Shown here piece after piece: positions 1-13,997 of a stretch of DNA of 64,000 nt. A program made the translations under genes and the position numbers. Below the pieces are notes generated by a model, which had not been told where the DNA came from, did not search any database, and saw only the letters and a list, made by a program, of their open reading frames with translations. Source of the DNA: the human T2T-CHM13v2.0 reference genome, Homo sapiens; assembly GCF_009914755.1 (NCBI RefSeq), contig NC_060930.1; one strand, written 5' to 3'. The number at the start of each line of letters is the position of its first letter. Positions within the stretch are counted from its first letter, which is position 1.

Positions 1-683
1 GGCTCTAGAAGGGTGTCTTCTTTGACTCCATTTTAAAGCTCATCAATTGAAGTTATTTAGTAATAAATTAATTTTATTAATGTTATAATCTAGTTTTCTG
101 CTACAGAATTTCACCAACAAGAAACCTTTATATAGACTGGATGTTTATATATGCACATCTTCTTAGTATGTCACCATATAATGGGCCTAGGGCAATAGGC
201 CAAAATGATGTTACACGTAAATGCACATTAAAAAATTACTTCTTTAAGTAATAGGAGATTGTATTGAACCCATACCCAATTAAATAATCCTTAAGCTGAG
301 TGAGGTAGATCAGCATCATGCTGAATATGACCCAGTGTATTGTGGTGGCAGCATGTTCCTATGTGTAAGCCAACTGGCAGGTAGAAGAACAAGAAACTAG
401 AATGCAGTTGTATCTTCTGGGCCCCTGGTAACTGAGGGCATGACATTTTTGATAGACTGAGGACCCTGGTATTTGAAAGCATATTAACTGAAAACTTGGT
501 GTACAATGAATAGGACAAAGATTTAGACCTTTTTGTAAAATAGCGCTCCACACTGTTGTAATATACATCATTTTTGGCCCTATAATAATAAAATTCATTA
601 TAACGAAACTTTCCACTAAAAAAGCTCTAGGACAAGAATCTATCATACTAATGTTATAGAAACGAAAGCTCTGTAGTTTAGAA

Positions 684-980
684 CAGTGCTATCCAGTGTG
701 GTACCAACAAACCCTATATAGCTGTTGAGCACTTGAATTGTGCCTAGTTGACTTTGTGATGTGAATGTAAATATATTCCAGATTTTGAAGACTTAGTGTG
801 AAAGGAAGAATGTAAAATATCTCATTAATAATTTTTATATTGGTTATATATTGAAATAATATTTTAGATATATTGGGTTAAATTAAGTATTAAAATTTAT
901 TTTTCCTTTTTGTTAAGGTGGCCACTAGAAAATTTAAAATTACATATATGGCTTGTATTATGTTTCCACTGGACAATACT
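684..980. mobile_element. MER33-like hAT-Charlie DNA transposon fossil
   Basis: CAGTGCTATCCA...TGGACAATACTG termini; internal 'gagcacttgaa', 'gattttgaagacttagt', 'aaatatctcattaataattttt' match recalled MER33 consensus. Confidence 0.75.
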
Positions 981-1368
981 GTTCTGTACAAACCTCTTTA
1001 CCTGAATTTACAATAGAGAAATTAATACCTTTAAAAGGCTTTTTGGGTTTTGGCAAAATGTCACCTTCTTTCCTTTGTAATACTGAAAGGAAATGTGAAT
1101 ATCTTCAGGAACATAATTTTCTAATACTGCTGCCAAGATAAATATTTTTCTCATTTTGCTTTTTTGTTCCTCTAGGTTGAAGCACTTTTTGTAGTGAAAG
1201 AGAAGGTTATTTTTTTTTCCTGGAAAAACAGAATAATGTTTGTATGTTCTCATAATATGTGACATCTCTTCGTGTGCCCAGTCTGTTGTTACTGAATCAT
1301 CGTATAAACTCAGTCTCCTGTTGAATTGGTTTCTGTGAACTAATTCATAGTGGCATGTTTGTATTTTT

Positions 1369-1780
1369 AAAAATAAATTTTATTGTGTATATTTAAGGCA
1401 TACCACATGATGTTATAAGAAACATATTTGTAGTAAAATGGTTACTATCGTGGAACAAATTAATATATCAATCATCTCACATAGTTACCCATTTTCGCTC
1501 CTTGTGGCAAGAGCAGGTATAATCTACGCTTTTAGCAAAAATCCTGAATAGAATATGCTATTAACTACAGGCCTAATACTGTGCCTTTGGATCTTTAGGC
1601 TTGTTTATCCTACATATTTGCTACTTTATATCCTCTGACCTACATTTTTCCACCTTGCCCCCCAACCCAGACTTAGTAACCACTGCTTTATTCTCTCTAT
1701 ATTTGACCTTTTTTTTTTTTCCAGTTTATCCATGTTGTGGCAACATGATCTCCTTTTTTAAGGCTGAGTACTATTCCTGT
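1369..1780 (-). mobile_element. L1MA (MA9/10-like) 3' end fragment
   Basis: 'ttttattgtgtatatttaagg...atcatctcacatagttacc...aaggctgagtactattcc' is the antisense L1MA 3'UTR. Confidence 0.75.
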
Positions 1781-2110
1781 CTCTCTCTGTGTGTGTATAC
1801 ACACCAACACTATAGCTTATCAATACTAATGCAACTGCAATGTCTCTGTGTCCAGTTTCTTGTTACTCTGTCATCTTATAAAGTTGATGTTTCCTGTTGA
1901 ATTGGTCTATATCTCTGAATTAAATCATGGTGGCATTTGTATATTTTTTTCCTTTTTTTAAAAATGGGAACTTAATGAACCACATGGATACCATCTACAA
2001 TCTGCAGAACAGTGATGACTATTAATAGGGTTTAGTCCTAAATTTTCTAAAATGTTAATTCTTTGTATCTATAAAACTCAGTTGAGCTTGTAAGAATATA
2101 TGAATAATCT

Positions 2111-2414
2111 GGCTAGGTGCAGTGACTCATACCTGTTAATCCTAGTGTTTTAGGAGGCCGAGGTGGGAGGGTTGCTTAAGGCCAGGAATCCAAGACCAGC
2201 CTGGGCAACACAGCAAGATCCCTTCTCTACAAACAATAAAAATGTTAGCCAGGTATGGTGGCACACACCTGTAGTCACGAGGCTCCTAGGGAGGCTGAGG
2301 CAGAAGGATTCCTTTAGCCCAGATGTTTGAGGCTGTAGTGAGCCATGATCACGCTATGGTACTCCAGCTGGGACAATGGAGCAAGACCCTGTCTTACAAG
2401 AAAAAAAAAAAAAA
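2111..2414 (+). mobile_element. AluJ
   Basis: Diverged dimeric Alu with A tail; TSD aagaatatatgaataat / aagaatatgtggataat. Confidence 0.9.
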
Positions 2415-2456
2415 GAAGAATATGTGGATAATTTGTCTTTTAAAAGTTTCATTCTG

Positions 2457-2806
<350 letters not shown>

Positions 2807-2813
2807 TTATTAA

Positions 2814-3161
<348 letters not shown>

Positions 3162-3606
3162 TGCCCAGGCTTTTTAACCATTTCTTTTTGCTATTCTCTT
3201 AGCATAGTAATTCTGGGGGGAAAACCAGTATTATTTTTTCATTATAATTGATGGTAACAGCACTCATTAAGTGGAGGAATTTTTTTGCATAATTTTGTTT
3301 GGGATCCTTTCCTGAAATAAGAGTGATTGTGTTATACCCTTGCAAGCCCAGGAGATGCCAGCCATCTCTGTGTGGTGTAGCTACTTCACGTGTTGCTTTG
3401 GGTCTCATCCTTTGTCATTCTAATGAATTACTACACACACCTGTGTGAGATTTAGCTTTTGGAGATTTAGCTTTTGGGTTTGCCTGTATTTATCTTGTCT
3501 CAGATAAATACAGACAAACATTGTTCATGATAATTTGATTTAGTCTATTGATATGATTATCCCATTTGTTTACATTCTCTTTTATTTTCTTCCCTGCCTA
3601 TTTCAG

Positions 3607-4690
3607 GTCATGTACTAATAACATCACTAGGTTGAAATACGGATTCTGGGCCCTGAGACAGCCCAGAGCTTGGCTCCAAGACCAACTCTGAGATCAATAG
3701 CTGGGCTACAAGACCAGCAATTTGGCATGGACTTTGTGACCCTAGCCCAGAGGAATCCTTTTCTCCCTCCTTTCCTGTCTTGAGTGGTGAACCACTCTTA
3801 AATAATCTGCTCCTAGCCATGTCCTAACCAACTGGTATGGCTAACAAAAGTGATGACAACAGCAATATTTTCACTTCCCAGACTAGGCACCAGAAGGAAT
3901 AACTCCAACTGCAGCCTCCCTCACTGTACCGTTTTACATACCTAGTAAATGTTTATTATTATGCTGTATCCTAATTGTAGATGAGGAGCTGAATAATGAC
4001 AGTTTTTCCATCCTAGTCATAAGGGGTCAGTGCAAACAGAATTTTAGCAGTTACATATTTAGTAGGTTAAAATGACTCCAGCGTTCGGACTTGTGGATGG
4101 CTTCTGAACAACTGCAGCAGGAAAGCCCTGCCCTATCATTGACCCATTGAGGGCACTAGGCTGCCTCTAAGTGAAAACATTCCAGAGTGACCCAGTTCTC
4201 TAGAGGTAACTTTACCCAAACTCCAAAACATGTAACCAGTGAAATCTGCAGTGTGGATGGGCAAGATACTGCTGGAATCAGATAGATGCAGGCAAAATGA
4301 CAAGTTGATGCTAAAGGAATTTAGGTGGTGGTGGTGTCTACCTGAAAAGACAGCTGTCTCCCTGAAATGCCACATTTTAGAAAGCGAATTTTAAGTGTTG
4401 ATGAAGACCTGATTTCCACAATGTTTTCACCATGACTGCAAACTGCTTATTAGTCTCCCTGATGCAAATGGCCCTTTTATTGCTGATATTTTTCAGTACC
4501 TTATAATTTAATTCCAATATTTTTCTGATTGAAATAGCATCCTTTGCATTAACAAATAAGCTGTCAGCCAAAGCCTGAGAATTTTGTGCTAACAAGTAAT
4601 TTTTTTTCTTTGTACTTTGGTTTGTGTCTTTTACCTGATGAACATCTGAGAAAGGAGAAAATAAACCTTCTCTTATTTCAGTAAGGGCAT
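3607..4690 (+). other. Probable terminal exon (short coding tail plus 3'UTR) of an unidentified gene
   Basis: Long polypyrimidine tract ending ttttcttccctgcctatttcag|G at 3606/3607; all frames stop early (VMY*, xHVLITSLG*, xSCTNNITRLKYGFWALRQPRAWLQDQL*); about 1 kb with no recognisable repeat; AATAAA at 4660-4665. Confidence 0.5.
4660..4665 (+). terminator. Candidate polyadenylation signal AATAAA (alternative at 5339-5344)
   Basis: Hexamer about 1.05 kb downstream of the acceptor, before the first downstream repeat. Confidence 0.35.
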
Positions 4691-4938
4691 AATCACCAGT
4701 CACCAGTTTAAACCCAAATATGTTGTTATAAAAAACAAATCCATTATCTCTTATCTTGTATTAAGACAATTTTGTGCAGTATGTTGATACTGAGTATTAT
4801 ACTTGCTTGCATTATATTGTTGAAGGAAGTGTAGTGCTCTGTAACTTACCTGTGAGCATAAATGTTCACTGTTTAGTATCTCAGGAGCTGCTTTTTTTGG
4901 TGTTTTTTATTTTGTGCTATTTAATTTGGGTCAGCTTT

Positions 4939-5283
4939 TGTATTCATTCGTTTTCACGCTGCTATGAAGAAATACCTGAGATGGTAATTTATAAAGGAAA
5001 GACTCACAGTTCTGCATAGCTGGGGTGGCCTCAGGAATCTTATGATCATGGCAGAAGGGGAAGCAAATATGTCCTTCACATGGTGACAGGAGAGAGAAGT
5101 GCCAGCAGGGGAAATATCAGACACTTATAAAACCATCAGATCTTGCGAGACTCACTCTAACAGGAGAACAGCATGGAGAACCACCCCAATGATTTAATCA
5201 CCTCCCACAAGCTCCCTCCCCCAACATGTGGGATTATAATTCAAGATGAGATTTGGGTGGGGACATAGAGCCAGACCATATCA
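4939..5283 (-). mobile_element. THE1D/MSTA-type MaLR solo LTR
   Basis: tgtatt...; 'ttataaaaccatcagatct'; ends 'gagatttgggtggggacatagagccagaccatatca'. Confidence 0.88.
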
Positions 5284-5599
5284 GTTATGTAACCCAAAGA
5301 GAGCAATTACTTGTATGTCCTTTTTTAAACTTGTATGCAATAAATTTGCATATAAAAACTGACTCTACAGTCAAATGAAATACATGGTTTATTAGTATGT
5401 GTTTATCTGATAAATATATGCCCATGTACTGAAAAGTCTAGTTTTTTTCTTACTGTATCACTAGAACTTTGATTCCTGTCATCTTTTCTGCTGACAATTA
5501 CCAGTTAGAAAGTTTGAAATATTTTTTGTCAGTCTAAGACCAATTAGGAGATAAACATCACACTGTGATTTAAACAGGGGAAGTTAAATATAAAGAAAT

Positions 5600-6192
5600 G
5601 CTGAACTCTAATAAAAGACTGACTATCAGATATAAGAAAACTCTGTATTTTTTCTTAGGGGTAAGGGAGACTATCCAAGGAAGGACAGACTTGGAAGGAA
5701 TGCTGGGCTTCAGACTCCTTGTAAAGTTGTATTTGCAGTCCACAGGATGGTAGAGAAGTTCACTGGGCAAGCAGGAAGCAACCCTCTAGAGTGCAAGCTG
5801 GGGCCAGGTGAGCCTCAGCCAGTGGCCAGGCTTGCAGAGAGAAGGGGCACCAGTGAAGACAGGAGGTCTGGAGTACATGGTGTTCACATCAAGAGGGCTG
5901 TGTGAGGTTATCACCAGGCCAGACCAGAGCTGCACCTGCCCTGAGAGGCCACGTGTTTTGGGCCGCTGAGCTGGGGCAGAGCTACCTGCACTGCTGTCAT
6001 ACCATGCAGCAACCAGACACTGCAAGACAGTCTCCTCCCTCCTGCAATATCCCTTCAGCACGCTCCACCACAAAGGCTTAACATTGTGCTCAATGTGAAG
6101 AAGAAAATTTTAAAGGATTTCTGTCCATGATCACAGAACAGGTATTGAAGCATGAATTTGGAGTTAAGATGCAATAAACTGGAAACTGGTAC
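5600..6192 (-). mobile_element. Old ERVL LTR (LTR33/LTR41-like)
   Basis: End 'gaatttggagttaagatgcaataaactggaaactggtaca' resembles the reverse complement of the family 5' end; left boundary uncertain. Confidence 0.5.
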
Positions 6193-8093
6193 ATGTCATA
6201 AAAGGATTCTGTAAAAGAATTCTCTTAGCGACTTTTCATCTGGAATTAGCCATGTTCATTAACAGCAAAAGGTTTCAGTGTTTTGTGAAGTGTAGGTAAT
6301 TTAAGTGAAAATTTGCATTACAGGAAATACTGATGCCTTGCTATCAAGTATCCAAAACTTCATTGTGGGAAGCTAGCAACTCAGTTATTAACCAAGCTAA
6401 TGAGTGGCTTATAAGAGATATAACTGACAGGAGGATGCAAGGTTGGGAATATAACATGGGCTTCTGGCCATCCTTACTTTGTGGGTCTATACTCGGTTCC
6501 ACAAAGCTGTTGAAATTTAATTTAAAGGAAAAAGCATGGTGCTGAAGTGCATACTTACTGCTTATAAAAATGACTTTTCATGTAATCAGTTATTCTGGTG
6601 ATATACACAAATCTGTTTTTAGAGCTTTGGTCTTAGCCCAGCCCTAGAATTTCTCTTTAATTTCAAAATGATAAATACAAAAAGCCCAATGGTTCTATAA
6701 AGGACCTAGGTATTGGCTCTCTTTTTGTTTTTAAGTTACTCCTGTGGCAAATAGGAAATTGAAAAAAAAATTGTCTGTAGCTTCTGACCTATTCATTCAC
6801 CCTAAAAGGTCTTACTTATAATGGAAGACAAAGAAGGTGATTAGGAAATAGGAGGTGCCAGATCCAATTAAATCCGGTGATTCTGTGCATTCCCAGACTC
6901 TCGGTCCATGGTGCCTAGTGATTAAGTGGGTGGTGATAGATGGATAGATGATCCTGCCAGACATCTTCCCTTTATTAACTTTAAGCAAGGCTGAAGTAAA
7001 AGAAAAATTAATTTTACTGAGAAAGCAATTGGTTTCAAAAGATGGCTTGTCTAGGACATGTCATTTCTTACCAGTGTCTCTCCGGCTTGATGCTTGAGCC
7101 CTTGGTAGGCGCCTGTTTTCTGTTGATTTTCCCATCACTATTTGGGGTTTTTCCTACCAGCAAGACATGTTTATCAAGTCAAGAGTAGCAAATAGGTATT
7201 CACAGTACCCCTGCCATTCTGGACTTTGTTGGGAATGAATATGAAAGTAACTTCCAGTGTGGCTCTGTCATATTAGGAGCTTATTATGCAGTGTTTACCT
7301 CACTGTGCTGTGGCCAAACCCACAGTAGCAGAGAATCTGTGTTGGCAAGGAGGCTGTACTAGAGGCCTCTGGACCCACTTAATTCATAGGCTCTATGCTA
7401 TGGATTTTGCAGATGTCTACAAATCAGTGCTTAACATTGGTGTTAGTTCCAGGAGCTAGTTAACCTCACCTCATAACGTCAGAATTTGTTAGGCATTAAT
7501 ATGGAGGCTAGGGACAGATAGGGAGATCTGGGACTATTATTTTACAGAAGTATTAGTTAACTGAACATTCTGGTTTCGCCAACAGCCAAAAGGAAGAGTT
7601 ACAGCTGGCTTACGATGAAAGCAGACCAAATCATGAGACTATTTATTTTTATTTTATTATGTAACTGCCCACTTATTTCCATTTGATTGATGTTCTTTTA
7701 TATTCATACACATTTTTTAACCCTTAACTAGCACAGTAAGTTCTGTCACTAATATAACCTTTGGGTTGTTTCCCTGAGAAAAACTCTGGCCTTCATGGGC
7801 TCCTTATTAATTTCAGCTCTAAAGTCAGAAATCAACATGAATTGCTTGCCTGACAGAAGTCTGACGGTTTAGCAGTTACTAGATATAGCCCTTAATATGA
7901 GCTAACTGCTGTTCAGTATTTTTCTTGGGTAGAGCAAGTGGGTGGATGATAAAAACAGCATGTTCTCTCGTCTTACAATAACCTTGATTGTAGTCAAAGT
8001 TCTTTCCTAACAATAACTTTGGTTATATGCAAATCTGTCAGAAAATGACTGCATAAATATTAAATGTAAGATTTGGAAAACATTCATTTTTAG

Positions 8094-8098
<5 letters not shown>

Positions 8099-8124
<26 letters not shown>
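8099..8124. repeat. (TG)n microsatellite
   Basis: Direct reading. Confidence 0.95.
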
Positions 8125-8125
<1 letters not shown>

Positions 8126-8202
8126 ATGAACATATGTACATATATAAGGGGACATTAGTCTTAATTTTTAGTTCTACTAAGTCTCAGTTTAAAAAAGTGA
8201 GA

Positions 8203-8501
<299 letters not shown>

Positions 8502-9436
8502 TGATGCAAGGACTGTCTTTAAATAAAACATTCCAATTATTCAGGTCTCCGCCTAGGCTATGAAATGTGACCTACAGCATCCATCAGAAGTAAAATGCAA
8601 TAATTACACATCAGTGTAATAGGAAGAATATCATGCAATGCCATGGCATAAATAAGGACACTCATGAAAAAAGGAAACAATTCTAGCATAAAGAGGAAAA
8701 ATGGAACTGACGGTTTTTGTAAAAGCTTGTCGCATATTTTCAAATCAAGACAGGCAAGTCTTCCAAATTTAGCAATGTGTAGAAACATTCTCATGAAATC
8801 AGAAAAGGGGGTACTGGAGGGCAGGTTTTCATCCTTTCCAAACTCTTCTAAATTCTCCCACCCAGCGTTCATTTCAGATTCAAAATACCATACACTTACA
8901 TTTATAAATTGAAATTTTAGAATGGGAAAGGACCAAGTGTTAGTGACTAGTGAAGTTTCAGGGTATTTCCAGAACTCTAAGTGCATCTGCCCTTTAATGT
9001 TTGCTGCCACTTGCTTTCAAAAACCCAAATCAACTCATAGTTGTTTCCAAAAAATGCATGCAAATCTAGTGGAAGGGAAAATACCGCAAAAAAAAATAGT
9101 GCTGTATTAAAAAAACAATTATTTATGTGTCTGTGGAACTGGGTGCACCTTTAACAAATACTTCTGATAGTCAAGCAAATCCAGAATGTTCTAGTGCTGA
9201 CATGGGAAACAGAACTAAAGAACAATATATAAAAGTAATCAGGTATATCATTTACTCTCAGTTAGAATTTTGCTCAAAAAACTTGAGTTAGTATGGAGCA
9301 GAAGAAAATGGTGAGGTTCTGTGATTAAATATATATATATATAATATATGTATTTGCTGTATAATCTTGAAAAAATACTAAATGTGTGGCACATATGTGT
9401 ACAGCCGAGTGCCCTTTGATAACAGGACTTGGGTGG

Positions 9437-9454
9437 TAGCGACACCTAGAGGCC
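9437..9454 (-). promoter_or_regulatory. Candidate CTCF site
   Basis: Minus strand GGCCTCTAGGTGTCGCTA closely matches the CTCF core (GTC in place of GGC); CpG retained in unique DNA. Confidence 0.5.
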
Positions 9455-10166
9455 TCATCTCTGAGTATAGTTACAGGGTGGGCTTTGTGTTGCATTTTAA
9501 CCCTCACCGTGGTAAATAAAAAAACCTGTGAAGATAGCTGTGAAAATAAAATCTACCCTTTAAAAAAGTCTATTATAGTATATGAGATTTATTTATGTTA
9601 AATTGGAAATGAAGGTCTGGGGAAGGGGAAGCTGCAGTATTTCAGAAAGTTACTTAAGCGGGTCAGGAAACCTGGGTTCTGGAAGGAGGTGGGCATTCCT
9701 CTCCTTTTGTTAGGGGGAACAAGGAGGGGGAGACCTGACGGGGAGCAGGAGCCCATGGCCAGAGGCATTATGCTCCAATTCACATGATTGCAGTGTTCAT
9801 TCTCAAGGAGTTCTAGAGAATTTTAAAATAAATCATAGACCACATAAGATTCCCTATAACACCAATCACAGGATTTTGCATTGGTTAGCAATAGAAAATA
9901 CGCACATAAACATGACTTTGCGTTTTGGTGGAGTGCTGTAGTGCGGAGCACACTGCTGTGCTAGCTGGGCCAGCAGAACGCTGGGGACAGAAGCCATGGG
10001 TGTGTGAAAGGTACCTTTCTTGTCAGGTCTGAGAGCCATCACCTGGGGTTCCCTTCACCTGGGCTTTCCATGCTGCTCAGGGAGATAGAACATAATGACA
10101 GAGAAGATGAGCCCAGAGGCACTTTTCTATTCATGCGTTCTGCAAAAGAACATTAATCGAGCACCT

Positions 10167-10614
10167 TATTGGTTTCCTATACCCAAACTTAGTAGCTTAA
10201 TTAACACAACGAAAATATGTTTTGGAATTCAGGAGGTCAGAAGTCTAAAATGAATCTCACAGACTAAAATCAAAGTGTCTGTAGGGATGCTTTCCTTTCT
10301 GTTGACTCCAGGAGAAAATCCGTTTCCTTGCCTTTTCTAGCTTCTAGAGACCGCCTATAAGCCTTGGCTCAAGGCTGCATCACTCTGACTCTGACACTCC
10401 TACCTGCATCTTAAAGGGACCCCTGTGATTACACTGGGCCCACCCACGTAATAATCTAGAATAAACACCCCATCTCAAGATCCTTAATTCCATCTGCAAA
10501 GTCACTTTTGCATATGTAAGGCGATGCATTCACAAGTGCCAGAAATTGGGACGTGATCTCTCTGGGGGTGGGCTTGAGGGAAGGAGGGCAAAGGCATTAT
10601 ATCCCACTTACCAC
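10167..10614 (-). mobile_element. MLT1 (D/E-like) MaLR LTR
   Basis: 'ggaggtcagaagtctaaaatg', 'ccttgccttttctagcttctagag', 'gattacactgggcccacc', ends 'cttaccaca'. Confidence 0.8.
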
Positions 10615-11639
10615 AAGCATTATATAAGCCTACACGTAACCAGGCACAGGAGATATAAAGTCTCTGCCTCTGATGGGATGGGATTGGGGTCATGCAAATA
10701 AATCAGATTTTCCGGCAGTGCAAAAGACTACAGATAACTCAGGAAGAGGCTAGCTCAGCTGAGGCAATCAGTTCACATACCTCAAGCAAGTGATATTTGA
10801 CTTAAGTCTGACAAATCAGGAAGAGTTAGACAGATGGGTGGAAAGGGAGTTTTAAGCAGAGCAAAGAGCATATGCTAAAGTATAGAAATGTATAAAACAG
10901 CTCAGCAGTTTCCATGATTAACAAGATATTGGATTGTGTTGCTGAAAGTGGCAGAAGATGAAACTGTACCTAATGGCTCAACTGTGTTAAGAAAGATTGT
11001 TCTTCCTCTGATAATATCTGTTCTGGGCTCAAAAAAGAGGAGGTTGATCTTCTCTTACATAAACATTGCTTCCCAGTGTTCATGGTGTTGGAAATTATGT
11101 TCAAACCTGGTCAAACAGCCAAATGTATTTTAATCTACCTTTTTATTAGCCACTTCTAATGATAAAAGAAAAAGGAGCTACAAAGCTAGAATGAAGATAA
11201 GCAGTTGATGATCCAATGAAATTATTAAAAGACAGTTTCTAGAGAAAGATGTATAATATATTTTTCATAAGGCTCTTAATATAGTTCTGTTCTCTCACCA
11301 CTGGCCTCATGAAAATTTTAGTGAGATTTTTATTAAGAAAAAAAGATCACCATGATAAAGACCCAAAGGTGAATTGTTAAGAAATGTGAAACAAATGTGA
11401 TATTATTGAACCATTTCATACTAACAGCTTGTAAAACATCTATTTCTCTGTTATTAGGGAAATTTTATTTGATTTTTATCTTTTTAATATGGACAAATCT
11501 ACAGCTGGTGCCTATTTTCCTGAATGACAAAAGATATAAGAAATGTGGCTAGGAAATTGTGAAGGTCAATTAATTCAGTCTCCTGACCTACTCAGACCCC
11601 TTGCCTGCAACGTTGGTGAGAGGCGTTTCATAAGTAAAG

Positions 11640-12850
11640 CACAAAGTTTAATAAATATCTGAAAGCTCATTTTGTGCCAGGCATTGTGCTGGACCTGCAG
11701 GAAACAAAGAGAGTAAGATAGAGTTTGCCCTCAAGGAACCACAGAGTGGCTGCAGGGTAAGGGTGGGGAACATATATGTGTAAGCAGCTCCATTATTGTC
11801 TATGTCAGATGATATAATTGAAAAGTGTCCAGGATGAAAGTGCTACTAAAACAGTGAAAGGACACTTACCTAATTCTATCTTGGAGAGTCTGCCGGAAAG
11901 GTCTTGTTAGAGGAGGTCATTCTTAAGATCAATCATGGATGAATGAATGAATGATCAACCAACTAATTAATCAGTAGAAGGAAGTTTCCTGGGGAAGAAG
12001 GCTGGGAGGAGACAGCATTGGTCAGAGGCAATAGCATATGCAAGGGATCGAGGTGGAATAAAGGTTACACATGATAGAGGTATCACAGATGTATTCTGGG
12101 CAATGGACTAGATTGTAATGAGCCTGGTATGCTATACTATAAGATTTGAAAATTAACCTATAAACCCCCACTACTCAAAGTGTGGTCCGAGGACCAGCAG
12201 CATCACATGAACCTTGCTAGACTCCACTCCAGGCTAGAAGCACATTTTAACAAGATCCCCAGGTGATTCAGGGTCACATTAATGTGTGAGAAGCACTCCT
12301 GTAGATATTGAAAAGCATTGATGGATTTAAAGTAAGAATGTGAAGCAATCACATTTGTGTTTTCAGGAAATCACAGAGTTTGGCAGTGAGAAGAGAAGAT
12401 GAGGTATGGGAGAAGGTGATGTGGGGAAGAATAAAGGCTCAGAGACCATTTAGAAAGTTAATTTATGGATGATAAGAGTTTGAACTAGGGTCATGGCCAT
12501 GGAGATGTCTTATTAACTCTTGGGGAAATGGAGAGTAAAGGACTCAAATGTTCTAGCTTGGTTGACAGATGCAATTACCCAAAACAGGGAGCTTAATGAA
12601 GCTCCTTTTGGACATCCTGAGATTGTTTGAAGCACAGGTGAAACAGTCAGGTGGATAATTTCACCACTGAACAGCACCGTGACTGTGACAATTCAGGAAG
12701 CTCTGAAGAACAGAAAAGGAAGTAAAATCTGAAGAAGTAGGAAAACCAGTAGAAAGCATTGTATGGAAAGCCAAGGGGAAGAAAGTCTCAGAGAAAGGTC
12801 AGGTCAAATGAACACTAGAGCATATTCTTTAGATTTGACATTCTGGGAGT
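11640..12850 (-). mobile_element. Degraded L2 LINE
   Basis: 'tgtgccaggcattgtgct', 'gccctcaaggaa', 'aagccaaggggaaga' are typical antisense L2 motifs. Confidence 0.6.
12165..12300. mobile_element. MER5A
   Basis: 'ctactcaaagtgtggtccgaggaccagcagcatca...ttttaacaagatccccaggtgattc...tgagaagcact'. Confidence 0.8.
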
Positions 12851-13570
12851 TTGGGGAGAATTCCTTAATTATTAATGTACCAAAAATTCAGAAATAATTA
12901 CTGAAATTGAGCAATAGTGAATAGAAATAGAATAGGGCCAGTGGTAGCCAGAGAAATTTACTAAAAGCAATGTAAGTTGGGACACGTATAATTCTAGTAG
13001 CAGGTGTTATTTTTAAGGACTCTCATGGAAGCAGTTTAGCCACTTAAACATGAGGATGCTTTGGCAGAAATCTTATAAAAGCCCACTGAAACATGGGGAG
13101 CCCAGCAATAAGGTAAAAACTGAGAAAATGGAGATCAGAGATGCTTAAGGCTCTATAAAGATTTTCACAGAAGGAAAACGGATGAAAGAAAGGAGTGAAT
13201 CTTCTTTTTAAACTGGTCATTTAGAACGACATAAGTTTTGTGCTGTCTCATTAAGAACAGGTATGTGGAGTTAAGCCTTCTTACTGTCTTATACAACTAA
13301 CAGCTTCTCAGTCAGCTGTTCATGCTACACAGTGTATTGGAAGCTCGCTGCATTTCACTCCCAGGTGTAATTCTTTAGTGTATTAGAAACTGGGGAGGCT
13401 TCATTAGGTTCTTAATTAAGTATTAATTTATCATATTCCGCGAGCTACATTGAGCTATTTTTTAAATCACAGTAATTTACTCTTTAGTATCTTCAAAGAA
13501 ATGTATGCTTCCAGGGATCTTCTACCCAGGAAACAAAGCCACACATATTGAGCACCTGCTATGTTCTAAG

Positions 13571-13730
13571 CAAATGGCTTTCAAATTTTTTGACTATGAG
13601 CCACAGTGAGAAATATATCACATATCAAAACCACATACACACAGACACAACACACTCCAAATAATACAACTATATTAAATGATGTTTACTCTTTTATTGT
13701 GCAGTGCTCTTGACACTTCTCATTCAGTTT
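13571..13730. mobile_element. hAT-Charlie fragment (MER119-like)
   Basis: 'tcaaattttttgactatgagccacagtgagaaata' resembles a recalled terminus. Confidence 0.45.
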
Positions 13731-13997
13731 GGAGGCCCGCACTGCTGAAGGCTAGACCGTGGAACATGATTGCCATGGTTGCTCCACCCTGGCTGGCCCA
13801 GTCTCAGAGAGTAGATGGCACCCCTTTTCCCAGCACTCTCAGTTTTCTACAAGGGCAAGTGATTGAGTGGCTGGAGGGAGAGGAATGGGAGTCTGACAGA
13901 TACAGACTGGAGTTCTTAGTGCCAAAAGGACAAAAAGCTGGATTCCACTTCATTACTACTTTTTGTCCTCGTAGCAATCATTTTACTTCTCTAGGCA

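Noticed and set aside
3633-3656. In-frame TGA codons as possible selenocysteine
   Set aside because: No SECIS hairpin could be supported downstream; ordinary stops are simpler
8558-9010. 150-aa minus-strand ORF in unique DNA
   Set aside because: No recognisable motif, promoter or splice context; compatible with chance
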